A DNA stretch of 64,000 bases, taken from contig JAZLMH010000006.1 in NCBI GenBank assembly GCA_045598525.1, positions 2,375 to 66,374 on the forward strand, given 5' to 3'. Made by a program: the position numbers and the translations under genes. Positions 42,769 to 52,353 of the stretch are shown one piece after another (position 1 is the stretch's first letter; every line of letters begins with the position of its first letter). Under the pieces are notes generated by a model. It had not been told where the DNA came from. It made no database searches and saw only the letters and a list, made by a program, of their open reading frames with translations. Source of the stretch: Bacilli bacterium (GTDB taxonomy: Bacteria > Bacillota_I > Bacilli_A > RFN20 > CAG-826).

Positions 42769-43410
42769 CTAATTCTTAGTTTTATAAATCTTTCTTAATT
42801 CTCGTTTAGTCGCAAGAAGCCACCAGTAAATTCCCGTTCTTAAGAACAAGAAAGCCATAAGCAAGAATCCTGAAGCAGGCGACACTCTTGAGATCATTAG
42901 AATGAAAAGAACAACCCAGAGAATAGCCTCGACGACATATGCGACACTATGAATGAGCGAATTGAAATATCCTCTTAAAACAAGGAGGAAAGGCATCATA
43001 TTCCCTAAAATTACAATCGCGCATTGACCTAATAAGAAGAAAGTAAACGCAAATTTCGCGGTCGTAAAGAAAGATTCGTTATTTCCTATCTTCATCTTTG
43101 CAAGAATCACAAAGAATACATACATAAGGAAAGCAAAAGAAACCAAAGAGGTTACCATAAACCCATATGGGAGAAGTTTCTTCTTATCAAGAAGAATAAC
43201 AGTTATGCTTCCCAAAGTCGCAATCAAGAACAAAGAGCCCAAAACGATAATCTCAGGAAGGCCGAAATAATCATGAGGATAAACATTCTTAACATTGAAA
43301 AGGATTGCCATCATAAGATAAGCAATGCCGGCGAATAGCCCTAGAATCAGGAAGATATCCCCTAACACCTTGACGAATAATGATACGTTATCTGGTAACT
43401 CTTTTTTCAT
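42769..43410 (-). CDS. polytopic membrane protein, unknown function
   Basis: About 6 hydrophobic segments. No motif recognised. Confidence 0.55.
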   Translation of the reverse strand: MKKELPDNVSLFVKVLGDIFLILGLFAGIAYLMMAILFNVKNVYPHDYFGLPEIIVLGSLFLIATLGSITVILLDKKKLLPYGFMVTSLVSFAFLMYVFFVILAKMKIGNNESFFTTAKFAFTFFLLGQCAIVILGNMMPFLLVLRGYFNSLIHSVAYVVEAILWVVLFILMISRVSPASGFLLMAFLFLRTGIYWWLLATKRELRKIYKTKN

Positions 43411-43462
43411 GTGCCCTATATTTTATTTATAAATGTAAATAATTACAAGTTTTGCTATCAAA

Positions 43463-43487
43463 GGCCGGCTAAGTCCATCCTCCGCAA
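43463..43487 (+). other. inverted degenerate copy of the tRNA-fMet 3' end
   Basis: GGCCGGCTAAGTCCATCCTCCGCAA versus tRNA GGCCGGTGGTTCAAATCCATCCTCCGCAA. Could form a 14-bp stem with the tRNA 3' end. Confidence 0.55.
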
Positions 43488-43511
43488 AAAAGGCATCCGT
43501 TTTGGATGCCT
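43485..43511 (-). terminator. intrinsic terminator downstream of tRNA-fMet
   Basis: AGGCATCC-gtttt-GGATGCCT plus a U-run on the minus strand. Confidence 0.65.
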
Positions 43512-43521
43512 GTTATTTTAA

Positions 43522-43596
43522 TGGTTGCGGAGGATGGATTTGAACCACCGGCCTTCAGGTTATGGGCCTGACGAGCTACCCCTGCTCTACCCCGCG
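43522..43596 (-). tRNA. tRNA-Met (CAT), initiator type
   Basis: CGCGGGGTAGAGCAGGGGTAGCTCGTCAGGCCCATAACCTGAAGG..TTCAAATCC..CCGCAACCA. C1xA72 mismatch and close similarity to E. coli tRNA-fMet. Confidence 0.85.
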
Positions 43597-43627
43597 ATAA
43601 CAGCTACTTTGCTTTGTAGCTCGTCAT

Positions 43628-43656
43628 ATGATACAGATAATTAGACATTCTGGCAA
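43628..43656 (-). promoter_or_regulatory. sigma-A-type promoter for tRNA-fMet
   Basis: TTGCCA-N17-TATCAT on the minus strand, about 25 nt upstream of the tRNA 5' end. Confidence 0.55.
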
Positions 43657-43667
43657 GTACTTTTGTT

Positions 43668-44720
43668 TTACCAGCGGTTATAAACCTTTTCTGCAAACCC
43701 TGGCGCATCAACGATTTCCACTAATTTCTCGCTGTCCGGAAGCCTGATAGTGCCATTAAATACGCCAAAGACTTGATTCTGATTGCTTCTAATAAAGACG
43801 AAGTTCGAATCACTACATCTATTTAGAATTGGAGTGAAAGTAATCTTTATATCGTTTTTAGCCGAACGGAAAGTCCAAGGCTCTAAGAATAAGTCACGGC
43901 CCTTCTTATCAAAAGGAATATCGAATTTGACATCTTCGAGTTTATAGGCCTCTCCATTGACGTAAAGAATATTTTCACTAGCTTTGCTAGTGTCACCAAA
44001 GCCATATCCGAGGTTCCAGGCAATTTCCTTGCCTTCGAAGTTGGTGTTCATGCTAGACCAGAACCAGGTGTTCTTATAAGTCCAAACGCCTCTACCCCAG
44101 TCTAAAGTTCCGTAAGTTTCGTGATTAAGATCAACGAAATCATTTCCGAGTTTAGCGTAACCTGTCGAGATAAGAAGATTGATTTTCTGATTGTAATAGA
44201 AATGCTTCTTTTTCTTCCAAGGGGTGGCTATGACTAGAGACTTTCCATCAAGCGTTTCCTGCAGTTTTATTTCTGCACGAAGTTCTTCGTTCCCTTTGAA
44301 ATTTTTCCATAAAAGCGAAAGTTTCCTATGACCATTTTCATGAAGGAATTTCATTGAAACATCTTTGTGCTCGAAAATGGTGTCCCCTTCTTTGCTTGTC
44401 GAAGGGAGGTTAAGACTTCCGAAAGTGAAGGCTTTAAGACACATCTTCTCTTCATAAGTCTTCTCTTTGAAATTAAAAAGCGTGCAACTACACATAGCGT
44501 AAAGGCCATTATCCGCGATAGTCATCGCGATCCCTCTTTCGTGGTTGCCTACGTAGTAATAATCCCATTCCTTGATGCGAGATTTCCCCGCTTTGATTAA
44601 AGTACGGTCATACTTCTTAACCAAAGACAAAGCATAGCCCGCTTCATTAAGGTTTCCTTCCTTATCAAGAAGAATACCTTCAGAGAGAAGATGTTGTTCC
44701 ATGTTAATTACCTCTACCAT
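43668..44720 (-). CDS. DUF2804-like protein
   Basis: ~350 aa with ..WDYYYV.. and ..LDWGRGVWTYKNTWFWSS.., recalled as typical of DUF2804. Confidence 0.5.
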   Translation of the reverse strand: MVEVINMEQHLLSEGILLDKEGNLNEAGYALSLVKKYDRTLIKAGKSRIKEWDYYYVGNHERGIAMTIADNGLYAMCSCTLFNFKEKTYEEKMCLKAFTFGSLNLPSTSKEGDTIFEHKDVSMKFLHENGHRKLSLLWKNFKGNEELRAEIKLQETLDGKSLVIATPWKKKKHFYYNQKINLLISTGYAKLGNDFVDLNHETYGTLDWGRGVWTYKNTWFWSSMNTNFEGKEIAWNLGYGFGDTSKASENILYVNGEAYKLEDVKFDIPFDKKGRDLFLEPWTFRSAKNDIKITFTPILNRCSDSNFVFIRSNQNQVFGVFNGTIRLPDSEKLVEIVDAPGFAEKVYNRW

Positions 44721-44779
44721 TATTCTAGCAAATAAAGTGAATGATATTCCTTTAAGTTTATAAAAAGGCTAAACTTTTT

Positions 44780-45721
44780 ATGTATATGGAAAACGAAAAC
44801 AAACGAAACAGCAATTTCTTAAAAGACACATTGAAGGGTCTTCCTCTTGGAGTCAGCGCAGCAGTTCCAGGGGTTTCTGCAGGCACAATCGCGATTATCG
44901 AGAAGTGCTATGATTTAATAATCGATAGCATTGCAGGGTTTAAGAAGTCTTTTAAGACTTCATTCCTTGCCCTTCTTCCTTTCCTTCTTGGTTATGCGAT
45001 TGGCGGGCTTGCTGCACTTCTTGGAATCAAAGCAGGCTATAACGCAGCACCTTTTAGCATAACTGGCTTATTTGCAGGCTTTATCATCGGCTCACTTCCT
45101 TCAATTTTTGTCGAACTTAAAAAAGGCGAAACTTTGAAAGAGAAACTTCTTTTGCTTCTCCCGCTTCTTATCTCATTCTTAGTCGTTTCGTCTATTGGAG
45201 TCCTTAGTGCGCTTCTTAAGGTTGATTTTGGCGGGGCGATTGTTAACCACGAATGGTGGATTTATGTCTATGTCTTCCTCGCTGGGGCGATTGGCGCGGG
45301 TTCGTGCCTTGTTCCTGGGGTATCAGGAAGCATGTGCCTTATGGTCATGGGTTTATATTTCCCAATCAACGAATACTTCCTTGGCTTCAAAGAAGGCACT
45401 GCATTTTATATGACAGGCGACTGGGTGAGCGGAATCATTCTTCTTCTTTGCCTTGGCCTTGGCGCCCTTGTGGGGTTAGTTGTTGCCTCAAAGGCTATGA
45501 AGAACCTTCTTGATAAGCATCATGACGGCACTTATTACGCGATTGTCGGATTGATCTTAGGCTCTCTTGTCTCAATGTTTATCAATAACAAGATCTTCGA
45601 AGTCTATCTAGATGCTTCACATCCTATATGGGATTACATCGTAGGCATTGCCCTAACGGTTGTTGGCGCGGTTATTACGTTCATCCTTTATAAGGTGTTC
45701 GCTAAAAAGAGCGAGAAATAA
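44780..45721 (+). CDS. DUF368 membrane protein (undecaprenyl-phosphate translocase family)
   Basis: Duplicated VPGVSAGT / VPGVSGSM motifs in a polytopic protein. Confidence 0.75.
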   Translation: MYMENENKRNSNFLKDTLKGLPLGVSAAVPGVSAGTIAIIEKCYDLIIDSIAGFKKSFKTSFLALLPFLLGYAIGGLAALLGIKAGYNAAPFSITGLFAGFIIGSLPSIFVELKKGETLKEKLLLLLPLLISFLVVSSIGVLSALLKVDFGGAIVNHEWWIYVYVFLAGAIGAGSCLVPGVSGSMCLMVMGLYFPINEYFLGFKEGTAFYMTGDWVSGIILLLCLGLGALVGLVVASKAMKNLLDKHHDGTYYAIVGLILGSLVSMFINNKIFEVYLDASHPIWDYIVGIALTVVGAVITFILYKVFAKKSEK

Positions 45722-45830
45722 AAAACGAAATCAAGGCTGCAGCATAGCAGTCTTTTTTATTTGCAAAACCCCCCTCTTTTTATTTACTTGATGGATAATC
45801 CATTGGTTTTGTAGGGTTTTTAATAAGAAA

Positions 45831-45860
45831 CAAAAAACGGGTCCTTTTGACGGGACCCGT
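45831..45860. terminator. hairpin terminator between convergent genes
   Basis: ACGGGTCC/GGACCCGT stem with an A-run and a T-run on the flanks. Confidence 0.65.
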
Positions 45861-45885
45861 TAATTTTGTTTGCTAAATCGAAGTC

Positions 45886-48240
45886 TTATTCAGCAGCGGC
45901 TGCTGTGATTGCAGCGCCGTCAAGGTTGACAAGACGGACGTTGCTGATGATAAGTTCGAAGCCAATGCCCTCTGGGTGAGCGAGCTTGACTGATGTGATT
46001 GGAGCATCAACGGTGAATTCGTGGATCAAGGTGATGTTCTTGTGGTTCTGGGTGCTGTTGTTTCTCTTCTGAGTCATGCCGCATCCTGGTTCATCAGCGG
46101 TGCCATTACCCCAAGCCTTTGTCTGGGTTGGGTTCTGGGTTGTGCCGTTGATTTCCATGGTGTAACGGTAATCTGGACCTTCGACAGTATCTTGGTACTG
46201 GGTTCTGGTTTCGTCACCTGCTTTAGCCATGTTATAGAATCTACGGTCGCCGTGGTCGCTCCAGTTAAGAGCAGCAAACATCTGAACTGCGTATCTGCCT
46301 GCTGGGAGTGTGACGCCGGTGACATCCCATGCTGCTTCTTTGCCACCATCAAATCCGTTATTTGGGGTGTTGAAGCCTGTAGCGTCAGCGATGTCTAAGC
46401 GTGCGCTGTAGGTTGTGCATTCTTCATCAGAGCATGAGCCAATTGTGACGTTGCCAGTCTTTTCAGCTGCATCTGCCCAGGTGTGGTCAAGATCTGGTTT
46501 TGGCGCTTCCATGATCTTCTTGTTATCAAGGTTGATAAGACGGATGTTGCTGATGATGAGTTCGAAGCCAAGTGTGTCGGAGTGAGCAAGCTTGACTGAT
46601 GTGATTGGAGCATCAACGGTGAATTCGTCAACGAATGTGAAGACTTTGTGGTTGCTTGTGGAGTTTCTAGCTTTCTGCTGTAAGCCGATACCATTTGAAC
46701 CCCAAGCTCTTGTTTCGGTTGGGTTGACGGTTGCGCCGTTAACTTCCATGTAGTAACGGTAGTCATCGTCTGTTTCGTTATCCTGATACTGGGTTCTGGT
46801 TTCTGTGCCAGCTTTTGCCATGTTCTGGAATGTGCGGTCGCCATGGTCGGTGTAGTTAAGAGCAGCGAACATTTCAACTGCATATCTACCTGCTGGAAGG
46901 ACAAGGCCTTCGAGATTCCATGTTGATGATAAGCCAACACCATTGTTGTCTTTACCCATTGGGTTATTTGGAGTGTTGAAGCCTGTAGCGTCAGCGATGT
47001 CTAAGCGTGCGCTGTATTGTCCACAGTGATAGCCAACACATTTTCCAGGTGTTGCATTGCCAACTTTTTCGCCATCTTCCCAGGTGTGGGTAAGGTGAAG
47101 GGTTGGGTCAATATATTCTGAAACGAAGAGGCCGCAGCAACCATATAAGTGGTCTGCGTCATTTGTGCCTGCTGCGTAATATGGAGCGTATGCTCTGTCA
47201 CCAAGGACTGTTGGTGTTTCTCTCATATCATAGGAATCACATTCCATGGCTGTGTTTGGAGCGGAAGCGCCATCGAAGCCAAGTTTAACCTGATAGCCGC
47301 CGATGCCTAAGTCTGTGATGTCGATCTTGACATAGCCTTTTGTGCCTTCAACGACGTTTGTGACTTTTGAGGCTTCCATTTCGACTTTCTGCCAGCTGCC
47401 AACCTGTCTTTCGCAGGTGACTTTGACTGTCATAGCCTGGAATTCTGCTGCTGTAGCGCCGCCGAGTTCGCCACCGACTTTGAGGAAGACTTTTGCTGCA
47501 TCGCCTTCGCCTTCAACGACTGTGACTGCTTCTGTTAAGACAACTGGTGGGAGCTCTTCTGCGTAGATGAGGTCGCGGTCGCCACGGAGAAGTAACTTAA
47601 GTCCGTTTGTTTTGAATTGGCCATCGCCATAATCAGCCTGCTGGAGGTCGATCTTTGCGTATTTTCCTTGTGGACCAACAAACATTTCGTATGCGCCTTT
47701 AACCCAGGTGATCTCTGCAAGTGAAAGTTTGACTTCGAATGATCCGTTTGTGACTGTTGGAACGTATTTATAATCAGCTGCTGCTGGTGTTTCGCTGCCG
47801 ACTAACCACTGGCCATCGAGAGCATCTGTAAGTCCGCCTTCTGCGTCTGTTTTGTGTCTAAGACCTAAAGCGAATTTGTTATCAGCTGCTGTGTAGCCTG
47901 ACATTTCGCCTGTGACTTTGAGGTATTTGACACCGCCTTCTTCGACAAGGTCAACTGCTGCAACTGTCATTGTTTTTGAAGACTGTTCGCTTGTTGAAGC
48001 AGCTGGTGAAGATGGAGCTGGGGTGCTAGCTGAGGTAGCTGGTCTGCTTGATGTTGATGAAGCAGATGTTGATGGAGCTGGGGTGCTAGCTGAGGTTGGA
48101 GCTGATTCTGGCTTAGATTCAGTCTGACTTGTTGTCTCTGAAGCTGGTTCTGAATCAACTGGTTTTGACTCTGCAGGTTTTCCGCATGATGCGAGGATCA
48201 TGGTAGCGGAAAGGAGCATGAGTGCTGAAAGTTTTTTCAT
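45886..48240 (-). CDS. large surface lipoprotein with an internally duplicated C-terminal ~200-aa domain
   Basis: MKKLSALMLLSATMILASCG lipobox. Two copies of ..YSARLDIADATGFNTPNN..LPAGRYAV.MFAALN..DHGDR..FTVDAPITSVKLAH..GFELIISN.RL.NLD. Confidence 0.75.
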   Translation of the reverse strand: MKKLSALMLLSATMILASCGKPAESKPVDSEPASETTSQTESKPESAPTSASTPAPSTSASSTSSRPATSASTPAPSSPAASTSEQSSKTMTVAAVDLVEEGGVKYLKVTGEMSGYTAADNKFALGLRHKTDAEGGLTDALDGQWLVGSETPAAADYKYVPTVTNGSFEVKLSLAEITWVKGAYEMFVGPQGKYAKIDLQQADYGDGQFKTNGLKLLLRGDRDLIYAEELPPVVLTEAVTVVEGEGDAAKVFLKVGGELGGATAAEFQAMTVKVTCERQVGSWQKVEMEASKVTNVVEGTKGYVKIDITDLGIGGYQVKLGFDGASAPNTAMECDSYDMRETPTVLGDRAYAPYYAAGTNDADHLYGCCGLFVSEYIDPTLHLTHTWEDGEKVGNATPGKCVGYHCGQYSARLDIADATGFNTPNNPMGKDNNGVGLSSTWNLEGLVLPAGRYAVEMFAALNYTDHGDRTFQNMAKAGTETRTQYQDNETDDDYRYYMEVNGATVNPTETRAWGSNGIGLQQKARNSTSNHKVFTFVDEFTVDAPITSVKLAHSDTLGFELIISNIRLINLDNKKIMEAPKPDLDHTWADAAEKTGNVTIGSCSDEECTTYSARLDIADATGFNTPNNGFDGGKEAAWDVTGVTLPAGRYAVQMFAALNWSDHGDRRFYNMAKAGDETRTQYQDTVEGPDYRYTMEINGTTQNPTQTKAWGNGTADEPGCGMTQKRNNSTQNHKNITLIHEFTVDAPITSVKLAHPEGIGFELIISNVRLVNLDGAAITAAAAE

Positions 48241-48404
48241 TTGTTTCTCCTTTTTGGGGCATAACCAAGACAAAATAACGGTCTCGGTTATTGATACTTT
48301 GTGGTTACATTATATGTAATAAAAAACAAGTTACAAACACATTTTTTGATACTTAAATGTACATTTTGTATTACTTACTATTTTTTATACAATTCTAGAA
48401 TAAA

Positions 48405-48432
48405 CAAAAAACAGGCCCGTTTCCGAGCCTGT
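48405..48432 (-). terminator. intrinsic terminator
   Basis: ACAGGC/GCCTGT stem plus a U-run on the minus strand. Confidence 0.55.
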
Positions 48433-48453
48433 CAATTCGTTAATTATTACTGA

Positions 48454-49335
48454 TTATTTTTTGACGAAGCGGACTGCACTGATAATCATTGAGAAACCAA
48501 TGTTGCCGTGTTCGAGTCTGACTTCGGTTGCGCCTGCTGCGATGGTGACGTCTTTAGCGTTTAAGCCTGGCTGATCTTCGCCTGCTGTGTAACCAAGTTC
48601 GCCCCATGTCTCTGTGACGTTTGGATTATATTTGGTTGCACCGACTTCGAGCCAGTAACGGAATGGTGATTCACTTTCTTTATCTGGTTGTTCTGCGGTG
48701 TCTGTCTCCCACTGGTTAGCCCAGGTACGGGTGCTATGTGTATCGTATGACATGTGACCAACGATATAGATGTCATAGGTGCCAGCTGGAAGAGCGGTTG
48801 CATCGATTGTCCATTTTGATTCGGAGTTTGCGGTTGGACCATTTGCATCTGGTTTGCCATTCATCTTTGTTGTTGCGTTGTTCCAGCCTGTTGCATCAGC
48901 AACATCGAAACGGTATGCGTGGTGGCCATTTGCGCAGGTTTCTGGTGTCATATTGCCTGCTTTTGTACCTGTCCAAACATGGCCTGTTGCTTTGACTGTT
49001 TTTGTAACTTCTTTGCCACATGTTGAGCACTTTGAGACTTCTGTGCCATCGGTGTCGCAGGTTGCTGGAATTGTCTTTGTTGCATCAACAACTAATGTGT
49101 GTGCTGCTGCTGAGCCTTTCTGGGTGGTGTGCTCACAGGTTGCTGGGTGCCAGTGTTGTTTGTCATCAGCTTCCCATTTTGTCTCATCGAAGGTGTGTTT
49201 GTGGGTCGATGTGGCTGGCTTTGATGTTGTTGGCTTTGAATCTGCTGCTGGTTTTGATTCAGCTTCTGCAGGTGCGCCGCAGCTTGCTAATAAACCAAGT
49301 GATAAGAGGCCAATCAAGAGTGTTTTCTTGCTCAT
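48454..49335 (-). CDS. surface lipoprotein (Cys-His repeat plus the shared C-terminal domain)
   Basis: Lipobox LLASCG. ATCDTDGTEVSKCSTCGKEV..H. FDVADATGWN..LPAGTYDIY..ISAVRFVKK. Confidence 0.75.
   Translation of the reverse strand: MSKKTLLIGLLSLGLLASCGAPAEAESKPAADSKPTTSKPATSTHKHTFDETKWEADDKQHWHPATCEHTTQKGSAAAHTLVVDATKTIPATCDTDGTEVSKCSTCGKEVTKTVKATGHVWTGTKAGNMTPETCANGHHAYRFDVADATGWNNATTKMNGKPDANGPTANSESKWTIDATALPAGTYDIYIVGHMSYDTHSTRTWANQWETDTAEQPDKESESPFRYWLEVGATKYNPNVTETWGELGYTAGEDQPGLNAKDVTIAAGATEVRLEHGNIGFSMIISAVRFVKK
49103..49299. repeat. ~197-bp near-identical segment, copy 1 (5' coding end of the lipoprotein gene)
   Basis: Matches 50233-50429 with a handful of substitutions. Encodes ..LLASCGAPAEAESKPAADSKPTTS.PATSTHKHTFDETKWEADD.QHWHPATCEHTTQKGSAAAH. 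Confidence 0.85.
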
Positions 49336-49562
49336 TTTGTTTTCTTTACGTAGCTAACTACTAGTCTACGTTTTCCTTTCTTAGGCGGTTTAAGCATCTT
49401 TTATCGAAACCGCCTAGAACGATAAAAGACGAAGTTTGGAGTTTAACCTTGCTTCTTTGTTGAATAATTGTTGTGTATATCGGCTTAATTAGTCAAGCCT
49501 TAATTGGTTGAGCATCAAAAAACGGACCCTAAGAAGAGCCCGTTAGTGGTTAATTCTAAGAA

Positions 49563-50462
49563 TTACTTGTAGAGGAAGTGAATTCCGTCGATGTTGAGGT
49601 TGTATGATTCAAGACGTGTGTAGGTGATTGTGAGGTCGCCTGCTGCAAGTGAAGCAACTGTACCAAGTTCGCAAAGAGCGAATGTTGAGTCTGTGCCGCT
49701 TTCTCTTGATTTCATGCCCATTTCTTCGTAGGTCTTGTGGTTGGTGATTTCAACAGCTACGCCGTTAAGTTTGACTTCAACGTTAGCGCCTTCGCCATTT
49801 TTACGTGAGAAGAAGCCTCTTGCTTCGTTGTTGTTGGAACCATCTTTGAAGTAGTCAACCCAGCCGTTGATTGCGACTGTGACATTTGTCATAGCTTCTG
49901 GAAGTGTGACGACGTAGTCGATGTGATTGCCGTTTTCGCTAAGTTTGACTGTGCCATCGGTTGAGGATTTCTTTGATCCTGTGACAACTGAGTTAGCGTC
50001 AGCTGCATCGATGAATAAGTCTTTGGTATGGCAGGTTGTGCATTCACGGGTTTTGTAACCGACTTTGCCTTCTGCTCTGCCTGCTTCTGCTGAAGCTGCG
50101 CTCCATGTGTGTTCGCCTTTTGGAAGAACTGTTTCGACTTTCTTGCCACAGACTGTGCACTGCTGGACTTTCTTACCGTCTTCCTGGCAGGTTGCTGCTT
50201 TTGATTCTGCTGCAACATCTTGGAGTGTGTGAGCTGCTGCTGAGCCTTTCTGGGTGGTGTGCTCGCAGGTTGCTGGGTGCCAGTGCTGGTTGTCGTCGGC
50301 TTCCCATTTTGTCTCATCGAAGGTGTGTTTGTGGGTCGATGTGGCTGGCCTTGAGGTTGTTGGCTTTGAATCTGCTGCTGGTTTTGATTCAGCTTCTGCA
50401 GGTGCGCCGCAGCTTGCTAATAAACCAAGAGCAAGAATGCTGGTTAAAAGAAATTTTTTCAT
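49563..50462 (-). CDS. surface lipoprotein (same N-terminal cassette, different C-terminal domain)
   Basis: Lipobox LLASCG. ATCQEDGKKVQQCTVCGKKV..H. C-terminus ..NLNIDGIHFLYK. Confidence 0.75.
   Translation of the reverse strand: MKKFLLTSILALGLLASCGAPAEAESKPAADSKPTTSRPATSTHKHTFDETKWEADDNQHWHPATCEHTTQKGSAAAHTLQDVAAESKAATCQEDGKKVQQCTVCGKKVETVLPKGEHTWSAASAEAGRAEGKVGYKTRECTTCHTKDLFIDAADANSVVTGSKKSSTDGTVKLSENGNHIDYVVTLPEAMTNVTVAINGWVDYFKDGSNNNEARGFFSRKNGEGANVEVKLNGVAVEITNHKTYEEMGMKSRESGTDSTFALCELGTVASLAAGDLTITYTRLESYNLNIDGIHFLYK
50233..50429. repeat. ~197-bp near-identical segment, copy 2
   Basis: See 49103-49299. Direct repeat offset by 1130 bp. Confidence 0.85.
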
Positions 50463-50559
50463 TTTGATATGACGCGAAGATTTCTCTTGCGTTCCTTTCG
50501 TTAATATTATTGTATTACAAAAAATACGAAGTGCATTATTTTTTCTTAAGAAAAGCAGG

Positions 50560-50588
50560 AAAAAAAGCCAAGTTTGATACGCTTGGCT
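50560..50588 (-). terminator. intrinsic terminator
   Basis: AGCCAAG/CTTGGCT stem plus a U-run on the minus strand. Confidence 0.6.
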
Positions 50589-50600
50589 GATTTTATTCGA

Positions 50601-52253
50601 TTATCTTTCTACCTGTGGGTATGTGAATGAATCGTTTTCTTCCACCGCAAAGGCGAAATGGCTGATTTTCATCGATATGTTTGAAAGCTTGTTTTTAACT
50701 TTGAAAACGTGGGAACCTGCAGGAATTGAAAGGGAATCGGTTAGTTTAAGAGGGATCCAGAAATCTTCTGATGTGCTAAATCCTGAGGTTGTTGTGGCAA
50801 AACTCGTGGTAGGAATAGCAATCTGCTCACCGTCGATCGTGACTTCAAATGCGCTTTGAGCATTGCTTGATGTGTTTCTAACGCTCATCATCGCATATAA
50901 GCTTGCGGAATTGATTGCGTCTTCTGTTGTGAGGGTTGCATAAACTTCAGCGTTTCCTGGAAGAGTTGTGTAAACGGTTGGAGATCTAAATTCTTCACTT
51001 CTATTCCAAGTTGCGCTTTGGGAATATTCCATGCTTGGAGTGACCATTGTGATAGTTTTTCTTGCACCTTCAAGATCTGGGATTTCACCATCTATCAAGG
51101 TTTCGAGAATACCTTCCAAAGTGCTTTGTCTAACGCCGATTGTTCGTAAGAAGTTATAGACTTTCTGCTGCAAGGTATCCCCTTCCCAGGCAAGAAGGTC
51201 TGCGAGGTATCCATCTGGGCTATCAGAGCCGTTTTGATGGATGGTGCTGGTCTTTTGGATTTTACCGAAATTCGAGAAAAGATAATCTCTATAGCAGTCC
51301 TCAATCGAAAGGCCTAAAAGACCGTTGAGGAGGGTTGAGCAGAAGCCTGTTCTATCAGTGCCGATGCGACAATGGAAGAAGGCTGGATAGAAGTCTTCTT
51401 CCGCAAAATGCTCAAAGAAATGAACAACAGGGATGATGTTACGGAAAAGAGGTGATTTTCCGCCTTCATAACCCATAGGGTTAAAGTGGCATGTGACTGA
51501 CTCATCGTTAAGTAATGATGGGCGTTCTTTCGCGTTTTGCTCTCCACCTAATCCTTTAGGTCCTCCACGAAGCTCAATTTCAGTTTTTACGCCTAAGTAA
51601 TTAAGCATGGTATCTCTTCCGACATCGGTGATGATGGAGCCTGAGATCGTGTCATCAAGAGCGGCTGTTCGGTAGATTAGGCCTTGGCGGATTTTGGAGC
51701 CGTTTTCAGTTATTTTGCCACCTAAATCACGGCAGTTAGTCATGCCGTCGACATTGATAAGTCTAGGAAGCGTGTCAGCGGTTTCCAAAGTGTAGGACTT
51801 GGAATACTCCACTTCACCATCTGTCGTTGCTTTGATTCGGTAATAATGGGTTTCTCCGACATAGAGGTTCTGAATCGTGGCTTTGCCATCTTTTGCTGGG
51901 AATTCCCAAGCATTTTCGAAGTCTTCAGTTAAAGCCACTTCCACCGCATATTCATCCGCTTCTTCGGCGTCATGGGTGAATTCGATTTCCCATGTCTTTC
52001 CTTCGCTTTGCGATTTCTCTGGGTCGGTATGGAAAAGGCTCTTGAAGGTTGATTCGGTGAGGGTTGTATAATCGCCATCATATTCCATGAAATTGATCAT
52101 GTCTTCCGAGTGGGCGTCAAGAGGTTCGTCGAACGTTGTGACATCGCTAAAATTATCAGGGATGACTGGCGCTGGGCTAGGTTTTTGGCCGCAAGCGACA
52201 AGGCTAAGACCAAGAACAAAAGCGCCTAAAGAAAGATAGTGTTTAAGCTTCAT
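50601..52253 (-). CDS. surface lipoprotein with a CX5R phosphatase-like domain (paralog 2)
   Basis: Lipobox LVACG. FFHCRIGTDRTG. Same domain order as 52354..53994. Confidence 0.75.
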   Translation of the reverse strand: MKLKHYLSLGAFVLGLSLVACGQKPSPAPVIPDNFSDVTTFDEPLDAHSEDMINFMEYDGDYTTLTESTFKSLFHTDPEKSQSEGKTWEIEFTHDAEEADEYAVEVALTEDFENAWEFPAKDGKATIQNLYVGETHYYRIKATTDGEVEYSKSYTLETADTLPRLINVDGMTNCRDLGGKITENGSKIRQGLIYRTAALDDTISGSIITDVGRDTMLNYLGVKTEIELRGGPKGLGGEQNAKERPSLLNDESVTCHFNPMGYEGGKSPLFRNIIPVVHFFEHFAEEDFYPAFFHCRIGTDRTGFCSTLLNGLLGLSIEDCYRDYLFSNFGKIQKTSTIHQNGSDSPDGYLADLLAWEGDTLQQKVYNFLRTIGVRQSTLEGILETLIDGEIPDLEGARKTITMVTPSMEYSQSATWNRSEEFRSPTVYTTLPGNAEVYATLTTEDAINSASLYAMMSVRNTSSNAQSAFEVTIDGEQIAIPTTSFATTTSGFSTSEDFWIPLKLTDSLSIPAGSHVFKVKNKLSNISMKISHFAFAVEENDSFTYPQVER

Positions 52254-52353
52254 AACTTACTCCTAATTAAGGTACTTTTATATTTTACGATAAATACAAT
52301 ATGTTGCAAAAGAAAAGAGACCCGTAAGGGCCTCTTTAGTTTTTGCTTATTTA

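Noticed and set aside
49103-50429. Diversity-generating retroelement (TR/VR pair) acting on the lipoproteins.
   Set aside because: No reverse transcriptase is present in the window. The differences between the two copies are not adenine-specific, and the repeat covers the N-terminal cassette, not a C-terminal ligand-binding fold.
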